Virus record (IMG/VR): IMGVR_UViG_2724679239_000005
From: a virus
Taxonomy: Duplodnaviria > Heunggongvirae > Uroviricota > Caudoviricetes
Length of the DNA: 15,934 nucleotides
Direction: 5' to 3' (one strand)
Shown here piece by piece: positions 6,451 to 14,566 of this stretch. The notes beneath the pieces were generated by a model. That model saw only the letters and a program-made list of their open reading frames with translations. It did no database searches and was not told the DNA's origin. Every line of letters begins with the position of its first letter. Position 1 is the first letter of the stretch. A program made the position numbers and the translations under genes.

Positions 6451-8802
6451 ATGCGAAACATTGATCTTATCCGTCAGGTTATCAGTGCGTCTGAAAACAA
6501 CTGGCCTCATGTGCTGGGCTGCCTGAACATAAATGTCCCTGACTCTCCGCGCCGTCATGCTCCCTGCCCTGCATGTGGGGGCAAAGATCGATTCCGGTTC
6601 GATGACAACGGGCGCGGTAGCTTCATCTGTAATCAGTGCGGCGCTGGTGATGGGCTGGATTTAATTAAACGCGTAAATAACTGCGACACAACAGAGGCGG
6701 CGCTTCTTGCCGCTGATGTTCTGGGTATTGATTACCGGACAACGGAAACACCAGAAGCCACCAGCCAGAAACGGGAACAACTGGAAGCCGAGCGCCAGCG
6801 ACGCGAACAGGAGCGCCTGAAAAGGGCAGAGAAGGACGAACAACAAAGACGGGATACGTTTTCCCGTCAGTTTGATGACATGCGCAGAAAGGCTGTAAAC
6901 GGCAAATCTGATTATCTGGTTGCGAAAGGGGTAGGTGATTTTACATTCCCCGTGTTGCCAGATGGATCTCTATTGCTGGCGCTGGTGGATAAATCCGGCG
7001 CAGTCACCGCAGCACAGACTATTACCTCACATGGTGAAAAAAGACTCCTGACAGGTTCGGCAAAGCGGGGGGCATATCACGCCATAAACGCACAGAAACG
7101 ACCTCACAGCATCATAATTGCTGAGGGGGTGGCTACCGCCCTGTCGTGCCATTTAATTCGCCCTGACGCAATGACAGTGGCAGCAATCGACGCTGGCAAC
7201 CTGTTGCCAGTAGCGGAAGTCATGCGCAGAACATATCCACAGGCACAAATCATCATTGCCGCAGATAACGATCACCAGCAAGGAAACTCCGAAAGTGGAG
7301 GGATCAACACGGGGAAAGATGCCGCAGAGAGGGCCGCTATTTCCGTAGCTGGCTGGGTGTCTCTGCCACCGACTGACTATAAAGCCGACTGGAACGACTA
7401 TCACCAACAACACGGGCTGGCGGCAGCCACAGCAGCATTTAAAGATTCGATGTACCAGCCACGGGGGAAAGGGGCGCAGGTGAAAAATCACAAACAGTCA
7501 GTCGGGGCGCTGAATGAGATCAGTTCTGGCGAGGTGTTAAGCGATGATGAAATTGCTGTCCTCGAAGAAATCAACCGGACGTTTACGCATGTCACCATCG
7601 GCGGGAAACACAAGGTGGTGTCGCTAAAGCCTTCTCAAACCGGCGGTGTATCGCACGTTTTCGAGGATTTATCACAATTTCAGCATTATTTTCATCATAA
7701 ACCGAGAGTCGCCAGAAAGCTGGCGGGATCGGCGTGGCTGTCATGGAGTGGGAAGAACTACAAGCCAGGAGGCGTAGGATTTTATCCAGTACCAGACAAA
7801 TGCCCTGACGATGTTTTTAATCTGTATGAGGGGCTGGCACTGGAACCAATTGAAGGAGATTGCACGGTATACCTTAATCACCTGTTGCAGGTTGTCTGTG
7901 CCGGTAATGAGGAGGCATACCAATATCTTATCCAGTGGATGGCGCACATTATCCAAAAGCCTGATGAAAAACCGTCCGTGGCAATCGTGATGAAATCTGT
8001 CCCGGGCACAGGGAAAGGCACAACGGTTAAACCGCTGCTGCAAATACTGGGGCAGTACGCCGCCCACATTAACGGGGCGGGACATATTTCAGGGCGCTTC
8101 AATTCAATACTTGCTAACAAGCTACTGGTATTTGCTGACGAAGTGACGATCCACAAGCCGTCTGAAGCTGACAGACTTAAAGCGATTATTAGCGAACCGA
8201 CGTTTAACCTTGAGCGCAAGGGAATTGATGCTGAACCAATGCCGAATTTTGCCCGGTTGATATTTGCCAGTAACAGCACACAGGTATTACAGGCAGGGAT
8301 AAGAGAGCGTCGCTATCTCGTGCTTGAGCCATCTCCTGAAAAAGCACAGAGTCGGGAGTATTTTGATCGGCTGTACAGTTGGCTTAATGATGGCGGTGCC
8401 GCAAAGTTGCTTTGGCATCTTAAAGGGGTGGATCTCTCAGGTTTTGACCCTCAACGAGCGCCACAGACCGATGCCTTACGTGAAGAAATCTTGCTGGGGC
8501 TGTCTGGCGTTGAATTGTTTCTTTATGGCGAGCTAATCAATGAACCTCCGTTTAATGGCGAAGTCCGTTTGTTTGCAAAGGATATGGTTAGTCGATTTGT
8601 AGCGTGGTCGCTTGAGCGTGGGGAAAAGCTTAAAGAGCCAGCAGCCAGATCACTACTGGGTAAATCACTTGCACAAATGGGGCTGGTGAAGCATGGAAGA
8701 CCAGACCGAGGGAATGGCGTGTTCTACGAACTACCAGAGGTCGGAGTTCTACAGGCTGCGTTTGCCCGTCTGATCGGTATGGGGGGTTATGATGTTTTTT
8801 AA
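6451..8802 (+). CDS. Phage/plasmid primase-helicase, P4 alpha-like (Zn-ribbon, TOPRIM primase, C-terminal P-loop helicase domain)
   Basis: 783 aa. N-terminal Cys4 motif CPACGGKDRFRF...FICNQCG; TOPRIM-like acidic motifs IIIAEGVATA and IIIAADNDHQ; P-loop-like MKSVPGTGKGTT and Walker-B-like LLVFADEV. SD GGGGG 5 nt before ATG 6451. Confidence 0.92.
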   Translation: MRNIDLIRQVISASENNWPHVLGCLNINVPDSPRRHAPCPACGGKDRFRFDDNGRGSFICNQCGAGDGLDLIKRVNNCDTTEAALLAADVLGIDYRTTETPEATSQKREQLEAERQRREQERLKRAEKDEQQRRDTFSRQFDDMRRKAVNGKSDYLVAKGVGDFTFPVLPDGSLLLALVDKSGAVTAAQTITSHGEKRLLTGSAKRGAYHAINAQKRPHSIIIAEGVATALSCHLIRPDAMTVAAIDAGNLLPVAEVMRRTYPQAQIIIAADNDHQQGNSESGGINTGKDAAERAAISVAGWVSLPPTDYKADWNDYHQQHGLAAATAAFKDSMYQPRGKGAQVKNHKQSVGALNEISSGEVLSDDEIAVLEEINRTFTHVTIGGKHKVVSLKPSQTGGVSHVFEDLSQFQHYFHHKPRVARKLAGSAWLSWSGKNYKPGGVGFYPVPDKCPDDVFNLYEGLALEPIEGDCTVYLNHLLQVVCAGNEEAYQYLIQWMAHIIQKPDEKPSVAIVMKSVPGTGKGTTVKPLLQILGQYAAHINGAGHISGRFNSILANKLLVFADEVTIHKPSEADRLKAIISEPTFNLERKGIDAEPMPNFARLIFASNSTQVLQAGIRERRYLVLEPSPEKAQSREYFDRLYSWLNDGGAAKLLWHLKGVDLSGFDPQRAPQTDALREEILLGLSGVELFLYGELINEPPFNGEVRLFAKDMVSRFVAWSLERGEKLKEPAARSLLGKSLAQMGLVKHGRPDRGNGVFYELPEVGVLQAAFARLIGMGGYDVF

Positions 8803-8830
8803 TATAGTCTTTTTACAAGAAGATCGTTTT

Positions 8831-8936
8831 TACCTGTACCACCTATACCACTTTGCTAATTCAGTATTAAAAACAGTGCGTTATAGTGGTACAGGTCAAT
8901 ATCTTACCTATACCAGACCTGTACCACCTATACCAT
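8831..8936. repeat. Iteron cluster A: 18-bp perfect direct repeat CCTGTACCACCTATACCA (8833-8850, 8918-8935) plus inverted copy GGTACAGG (8888-8895) and CCTATACCAG (8907-8916)
   Basis: Read directly in the 176-bp gap just after the primase stop. Candidate origin or primase-binding repeats by analogy to the P4 ori/crr octamer iterons. Confidence 0.5.
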
Positions 8937-8978
8937 TAACAAACGCATTTCTTCTGGCTGGCTGAGAGGGAACAACCA

Positions 8979-9209
8979 ATGATGAGCACACCATTTTACA
9001 AAGTGCGCCAGTTAGCTTCTTCCTCTGGCTGGCAGCTACGGTTTGAGGGGCGTTCAGACTGGCTACCCATTGCGGCATGGGCGAATGTTGAAATGTGTAT
9101 TGACGGCGATACCGTTGAAATCATTATTCCCTGCGTGGCAAGTCGGGACGGCTGTATAGAGCCAACAGATATGGCAGCAGAAATCAGAGAGGTAAAACAT
9201 GAACAATAA
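8979..9209 (+). CDS. Hypothetical protein, 76 aa
   Basis: SD GAGGG 9 nt before ATG 8979. Stop overlaps the downstream start region. Confidence 0.45.
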   Translation: MMSTPFYKVRQLASSSGWQLRFEGRSDWLPIAAWANVEMCIDGDTVEIIIPCVASRDGCIEPTDMAAEIREVKHEQ

Positions 9210-9936
9210 CTATTGCATACTGCAGGGAATGACCAGAACGGAGCGCGAAGAATTAAAAAGTTTCGCTACACAGTGCGGGAATGCTGGCGACATCCAAAGT
9301 CTGGAACGCACTTTAATTATGATTGCGCACTGGATGCGCCAGGGGCAAAGAGTTTCATTTACTGAATATGCCAGCCAGTGGACAGAGGCACAGCGCGAAC
9401 GGAGCGACGGTAATCACTCAACACCCGAAATGGCGAAGCAATGGCCTTTCAGTGGTAAACGCTGTATCAGTCCCGGTGGTTCAGATTATTACCCTGCTGG
9501 TGTGGGAGATGAGCCATGTTGTGACGAGACTGAAATCCGCCACGCAGTGACAGTAATTACCGCTGAATACCCACAATTTAACCTTGACGGACTGGCGCTC
9601 CACAACCGGAATGCGGACTGGGAAAACCCGCTTGATAACCCGTCATTTATCGTATCGGCGAAAAGCTGCCTGAGATGGATCAGAGACAACGGGATGAGTA
9701 ATGCCCAGATTGAGAGCTTCCCGCAGGATAACCCCACATCTGACACGTTGAAGCATGAAGTGGAGCGATATAACCAGATAAACCACCAGCACAGTGATCA
9801 CCCGCACTATATCCCCAACGGAGCATTTATTGCGGCGATGGTGGCAAGCGGCTACAAGGTTAAGCCAGCGGGAAGAATGAACGCATTTTTCAATATTTCA
9901 AAAAAGGGATTATGTGCTGCTATGGGTAAAAATTAA
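9199..9936 (+). CDS. Hypothetical protein, 245 aa, Cys/His-containing
   Basis: SD AGAGAGG 6 nt before ATG 9199. No motif recognised. Confidence 0.55.
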   Translation: MNNNYCILQGMTRTEREELKSFATQCGNAGDIQSLERTLIMIAHWMRQGQRVSFTEYASQWTEAQRERSDGNHSTPEMAKQWPFSGKRCISPGGSDYYPAGVGDEPCCDETEIRHAVTVITAEYPQFNLDGLALHNRNADWENPLDNPSFIVSAKSCLRWIRDNGMSNAQIESFPQDNPTSDTLKHEVERYNQINHQHSDHPHYIPNGAFIAAMVASGYKVKPAGRMNAFFNISKKGLCAAMGKN

Positions 9937-9940
9937 ATAA

Positions 9941-10046
9941 ATGGTACAGGTCTGTACAGGTGGGGAGAGGTCATTTTTACCCACCTGTACCACCTGCAGG
10001 CCGCGCCACACAAGGGTTTGTGACATGGTGGTACAGGTGGTACAGC
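9941..10046. repeat. Iteron cluster B: GGTACAGG (9943-9950), TGTACAGGTGG (9953-9963), inverted CCACCTGTACC (9981-9991), tandem GGTGGTACAGGTGGTACAG (10027-10045)
   Basis: Read directly. Includes an inverted repeat TACAGGTGG / CCACCTGTA (9955-9963 and 9981-9989) and the same core as cluster A. Confidence 0.5.
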
Positions 10047-10410
10047 AAAAACAGCGATTTTCTTTATAAGGTATGTTTTGCTCATCTGGCAGACGGAGGT
10101 ATTCGCTGCGGTTTGGCACATAGCCCAGAACAGCAAAGAGTTTTACGAGACTTTTGTAAAATCCAGTGTACAAGGGCGTGACGTTTTTGAAGGTGAGCAC
10201 TACGAAATTTTCGTAGTTCAAAAAATAGCCTCTGAGATGTTGTTATGCCTGTTCAGCAAACCATCCGCATAGCTGATCGCGAATCAAATTACCAATGGAG
10301 CCAGAAGCAAGGGCAGAACTGGAAAGCGCCTGCCGTGAAGAGTAATGCGACTCCATAAATATAGTTTTTAGAGTCCATAAAAAAACTGTCAAAACCTGAC
10401 ATACAGAACG

Positions 10411-10443
10411 ATGCCACCAGCTACTGAACGGTGGCATTTTTTT
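10411..10443 (+). terminator. Rho-independent terminator (8-bp stem ATGCCACC/GGTGGCAT, 11-nt loop, 7-T run)
   Basis: Stem 10411-10418 pairs with 10430-10437, followed by a T run to 10443. Only the + strand has the U-tract. Confidence 0.55.
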
Positions 10444-10538
10444 GTGCTATTTGTTTCATATTTTGCAATCACAATGATGAATGTTGCGTTTTATGAAACT
10501 ATAATGACTGTTGTTTTATACAGTTATAAGGGGGCGTT

Positions 10539-10712
10539 ATGGCTATTTCAGTAAAGCCAGTATTGATAAGTGAGAAGCAAATGGAAGCGATAAAGAAAAT
10601 TCAGGAGGAGCAGCGTAAAAAATCAGAGGTAGGAGTTGCGCCAACGATCCACGAAATTGCTCGGGGATTAATGGATAAGGCGCTGGCTTACACTTTAACT
10701 GGACGTGGGTAA
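10539..10712 (+). CDS. Small protein, 57 aa, possible ribbon-helix-helix DNA-binding regulator
   Basis: Not in the supplied ORF track; translated by hand as MAISVKPVLISEKQMEAIKKIQEEQRKKSEVGVAPTIHEIARGLMDKALAYTLTGRG. SD AAGGGGG 4-5 nt before the ATG. Short strand-helix-helix pattern compatible with RHH; the fold is inferred. Confidence 0.4.
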   Translation: MAISVKPVLISEKQMEAIKKIQEEQRKKSEVGVAPTIHEIARGLMDKALAYTLTGRG

Positions 10713-10716
10713 ATTT

Positions 10717-12060
10717 ATGGCTACGTGGCAACAGGGTATTAATTCTGGTGGTTTTCTGGCTGGCATCGGTGCGCAAAATGAGAATGCGCCAAAGGCAAGC
10801 GACATTAACGCAACGCTTGGTCTGATCCGCGAAAACAATGAACTGGCTCGCTCAGGTGCAAATAACGTTGCTCTGACAGGTCTTCGTGGTCTGGCTGGAG
10901 TTGCTGACATTTATAAGCAGCAGCAACAGCAGGAACGTAAAGCGGCATTCCAGAAAGGTTATGCAGATGCTTATGCGTCCGGTGACAGGGAGCAGATGCG
11001 TAATCTTATTACAGCATTCCCAGAAGAGTTTGAGGAAGTCCGTAAAGGGATGAGTTATGTCGATGATGCTCAAAGGGATGATTATGGCAATCTGGCGCTC
11101 AAAGCACAGGTAGCCTCATCGCTTGGTCAGGGCGCATTTGGCAGGTTCATGATGGATAATGAGCAGGAGATGCGTCGTTTAGGTATCCCTCCAGAAACTA
11201 TTGCTGAAATGCAGGTTAATGACCCGCAGGGCTTCCAGCATTTCGCAGGTAATCTGGCGCTGTTTTCTCTCGGTCATGAGAAGTATTTCGATATCAAAGA
11301 TCAAATGGAAGGTCGTCGACTTGAGCAAGGGCGACTGGATGAAAGTATGCGTCAGGCTGACATGGAGAACGCGAGAGGATGGGCAAATATCCAGAACGCT
11401 CAACTAGACAGGGCTCAGCGAGCACAAATTCACTCAGATGAGATGGGATTGAAGCTAATGGAGCTGGGGCAAAAAGGTAAGCCGTCAGCAGACTTAATTA
11501 AGGGATTAAATTCTGACATTACCAATTTTGGCAAAAATTATAACTCTGTCAGAGCGGCGGCAAACTCTCTGCAAGCCCTTAGCAAGGTAAATACTGGCGC
11601 TGCCCAACTTGGGATTATCTTCAACTACATGAAATCTCTTGACCCGCAGTCAGTCGTTCGTGAAGGCGAACAGGTTCAGGTAATGCGGTCTGATGGCATA
11701 TGGGGACAAATCAAAGGATACATAGACCAGCTTAATGCTGGAAACGGCCTGTCGCAGGAGGCAAAGGATAACATTGTTAACGCCGCAAAAATCAACGCCA
11801 ATGCTATGGGGCAGCAGTTTAACCAGCAGGTTGACGAGTATCTCGATACATATGGAGAAACTATTCCTCAGGGGCTAAGAAAAAGCCTTGAAAGAAGGAA
11901 AGCGAAGCTATTTGACGATGTTTCCGGGCAGCCTACATCACAGGCTGGCACTGGACAGGCAAAAGCGGCAACCGGAGGAATATCAGAAGGCGCAACGGCA
12001 ACCAACCCTAAAACTGGTCAGAAAATCATTTACAGGAACGGAAAATGGCAGCAAATGTAA
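10717..12060 (+). CDS. Hypothetical protein, 447 aa, Gly-rich N-terminus, Gln/Ala-rich with long predicted coiled-coil; alternative GTG start at 10705
   Basis: Long ORF with coding-like composition. Checked for Walker A (GxxxxGK[ST]) and common nuclease or protease motifs; none seen. Confidence 0.65.
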   Translation: MATWQQGINSGGFLAGIGAQNENAPKASDINATLGLIRENNELARSGANNVALTGLRGLAGVADIYKQQQQQERKAAFQKGYADAYASGDREQMRNLITAFPEEFEEVRKGMSYVDDAQRDDYGNLALKAQVASSLGQGAFGRFMMDNEQEMRRLGIPPETIAEMQVNDPQGFQHFAGNLALFSLGHEKYFDIKDQMEGRRLEQGRLDESMRQADMENARGWANIQNAQLDRAQRAQIHSDEMGLKLMELGQKGKPSADLIKGLNSDITNFGKNYNSVRAAANSLQALSKVNTGAAQLGIIFNYMKSLDPQSVVREGEQVQVMRSDGIWGQIKGYIDQLNAGNGLSQEAKDNIVNAAKINANAMGQQFNQQVDEYLDTYGETIPQGLRKSLERRKAKLFDDVSGQPTSQAGTGQAKAATGGISEGATATNPKTGQKIIYRNGKWQQM

Positions 12061-13238
12061 TCTTACCGGAAGGTTTTGTGCTCGATGAACAACCTGATAA
12101 CTCACAGTTTCCTGATAGTTCACAGCTTCCTGATGGTTTTGTGCTTGATGCCCAACCAGAACAGCAGCAATCACCTTTGGTTTCACCAGAGGAAAATTCC
12201 AGACAGGAAAATGTTGTTAATAATGCTAACGGTTTCGACCGTTTTATGTATGGCGTTCTCAGTGGATTGATGGATGTTGGTAAAGGTGTTGGCCTGTTTC
12301 AGGATATGACACCAGAAGAGCAAGCCGCAATTCAGTCTCTACAGCAGAAGTTAGCGGCAAAACCATCAACCGCACAAGATGTTGGTGAGTTCGTTGGACA
12401 AGCAGCGCCATTTGTTAGTGGTGGTGGGATTATTTCTCAGGTTCCCAAAGGGGCGGCAAGACTGGCTGCCGCCGCAGGGCTTGGTGCTGGAGAAGGGGCT
12501 ATTGTAGCCAATGGAACAAATAGCGATGTTGCTTCCGGCGCTGCTATTGGCGCTGTGGCTGGCCCTGTAGCCGAACTTGCTGGCCCTGCAATTAATAAAA
12601 TAGCTGGGAAATTAACCAAGAAGAATGTTTCTTCGATTCCAGATATTGAGGGGATTACTCCTGCCGAAGAGAAAATTCGTAAGTTATCTGCACAAGGCAA
12701 CCCAAATCTTGCCTCTTCGCTTGAAGGGCTAGATCTAAAACCTCAGAAAGAAATTGTTGAGGCTGCAAATAGGCTTCATGTTGATTCAGTTCTTCCTTCT
12801 CATTTATCAGGAAATGAGCAATACCAAGCTGTAGAGCAAGCCCTAAAGTCACGGACAGGATCAGCGTTAAAAGCTCAAGAAGATAAAGCAATAAGCGAAT
12901 TAGCCTCTAGTGCTGGCAAGATAATCGATGATGTTGCTGGTGCGCCAGATGCGTTAGCTATGAGCGAAAAATATATTTATCAGATAAATAGTAGAATGGA
13001 AGCACTAAAAAACCGTAGTGATCAGTTATATAAACGTGTTGATTCCGCTCTATCACCAAGAACAAAAGTCGAAGCAAATAACACAAGCACTATGCTGGAA
13101 AAAATCGCTGATGATTTAGGAGGGTGGGATAATCTTGACCCAATAGAAAAGCGAGTTTTTACAGCAATAAACCCCGGCCCAGATAGCATCCTAACGTATG
13201 CAAATTTAAACAGGCAAAGGCGTTTAGTTGGTGATTAG
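12045..13238 (+). pseudogene. N-terminal fragment (397 codons) of a roughly 705-aa gene interrupted by IS2; stop codon TAG supplied by the first bases of IS2
   Basis: ATG 12045 with SD AGGA 7 nt upstream, overlapping the end of the 447-aa gene by 16 nt. The frame runs into the IS2 left end, where TAG at 13236-13238 terminates it. Confidence 0.7.
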
Positions 13239-13326
13239 ACTGGCCCCCTGAATCTCCAGACAACCAGTATCACTTATTTAAGTGATAGTCTTAATACTAG
13301 TTTTTAGACTAGTCATTGGAGAGCAG

Positions 13327-13692
13327 ATGATTGATGTCTTAGGACCGGAGAAACGCAGACGGCGTACTACACAGGAAAAGATCGCTATTGTTCAGCAGAG
13401 TTTTGAACCGGGAATGACGGTCTCCCTTGTTGCCCGGCAACACGGTGTGGCAGCCAGCCAGTTATTTCTCTGGCGCAAGCAATACCAGGAGGGAAGTCTT
13501 ACTGCTGTGGCCGCAGGAGAGCAGGTCGTTCCTGCCTCTGAACTTGCTGCTGCCATGAAGCAGATTAAAGAACTCCAGCGCCTGCTCGGAAAAAAAACGA
13601 TGGAAAATGAACTCCTTAAAGAAGCCGTTGAATATGGGCGTGCAAAAAAGTGGATAGCGCACGCGCCCTTATTGCCCGGGGATGGGGAGTAA
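13327..13692 (+). CDS. insC: IS2 transposase OrfA (InsC), 121 aa
   Basis: [41 protein letters not shown]... is the IS2 InsC sequence. The track ORF starting at 13282 is an upstream in-frame extension. Confidence 0.9.
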
Positions 13693-14555
13693 GCTTAGTC
13701 AGCCGTTGTCTCCGGGTGTCGCGTGCGCAGTTGCACGTAATTCTCAGACGAACCGATGACTGGAAAGATGGTCGCCGCAGCCGTCACTCAGATGATACGG
13801 ATGTGCTTCTCCGTATACACCATGTTATCGGAGAGCTGCCCACGTATGGTTATCGTCGGGTATGGGCGCTGCTTCGCAGACAGGCCGAACTTGATGGTAT
13901 GCCTGCGATCAATGCCAAACGGGTTTACCGGATCATGCGCCAGAATGCGCTGTTGCTTGAGCGAAAAACCGCTGTACCGCCATCGAAACGGGCACATACA
14001 GGCAAAGTGGCCGTGAAAGAAAGCAATCAACGATGGTGCTCTGACGGGTTCGAGTTCCGCTGTGATAACGGAGAAAAACTGCGAGTCACGTTCGCGCTGG
14101 ACTGCTGTGACCGTGAGGCACTGCACTGGGCAGTCACTACGGGCGGCTTCGACAGTGAAACAGTACAGGACGTAATGCTGGGAGCGGTGGAACGCCGCTT
14201 CGGCAACGAGCTTCCGGCGTCTCCAGTAGAGTGGCTGACGGATAATGGTTCATGCTACCGGGCTAATGAAACACTCCAGTTTGCCCGGATGTTGGGGCTT
14301 GAACCGAAGAACACGGCGGTGCGGAGTCCGGAGAGTAACGGCATAGCAGAGAGCTTCGTGAAAACGATAAAGCGTGACTACATCAGTGTCATGCCTAAAC
14401 CAGACGGTTTAACGGCAGCAAAGAACCTTGCAGAGGCGTTCGAGCATTATAACGAATGGCATCCGCATAGTGCACTGGGTTATCGCTCGCCACGGGAATA
14501 TCTACGGCAGCAGGCCAGTAATGGGTTAAGTGATAACAGGTGTCTGGAAATATAG
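13650..14555 (+). CDS. insD: IS2 transposase OrfB (InsD), 301 aa; expressed as an OrfAB fusion by -1 frameshift at AAAAAAG (13644-13650)
   Basis: [23 protein letters not shown]... is IS2 InsD. GTG start at 13650 lies at the slippery heptamer. The sequence shows typical IS3-family integrase-core character. Confidence 0.9.
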
Positions 14556-14566
14556 GGGCAAATCCA

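Larger units (their letters stand above)
13236..14566 (+). mobile_element. IS2 (IS3 family), complete 1331-bp copy with imperfect terminal inverted repeats and 5-bp target-site duplication GTGAT (13231-13235, 14567-14571)
   Basis: Left end TAGACTGGCCCCCTGAATCTCCAGACAACC... and right end ...GGTGTCTGGAAATATAGGGGCAAATCCA match the IS2 termini as I recall them. Carries insC/insD with an A6G slippery site. Confidence 0.95.

Noticed and set aside
7153-8279. Three minus-strand ORFs (112-133 aa) inside the primase gene
   Set aside because: Entirely embedded antisense to a well-supported long CDS, with Cys/Arg-rich composition typical of shadow ORFs.
8831-10046. Possible CRISPR array suggested by repeated GGTACAGG / CCTGTACC motifs
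   Set aside because: The repeats occur in both orientations with irregular spacing and variable length, and the intervening DNA includes protein-coding ORFs. This is iteron-like, not a repeat-spacer array.
10078-10437. Short ORFs in the orphan region (TTG-start 64-aa on +, 64-aa on - overlapping the terminator stem)
   Set aside because: Non-ATG or terminator-embedded starts, no SD, and unprotein-like composition.
12437-12700. Minus-strand 87-aa ORF rich in Ala/Pro/Ser
   Set aside because: Shadow ORF of the Gly/Ala-rich segment of the + strand cargo gene; antisense low-complexity translation.
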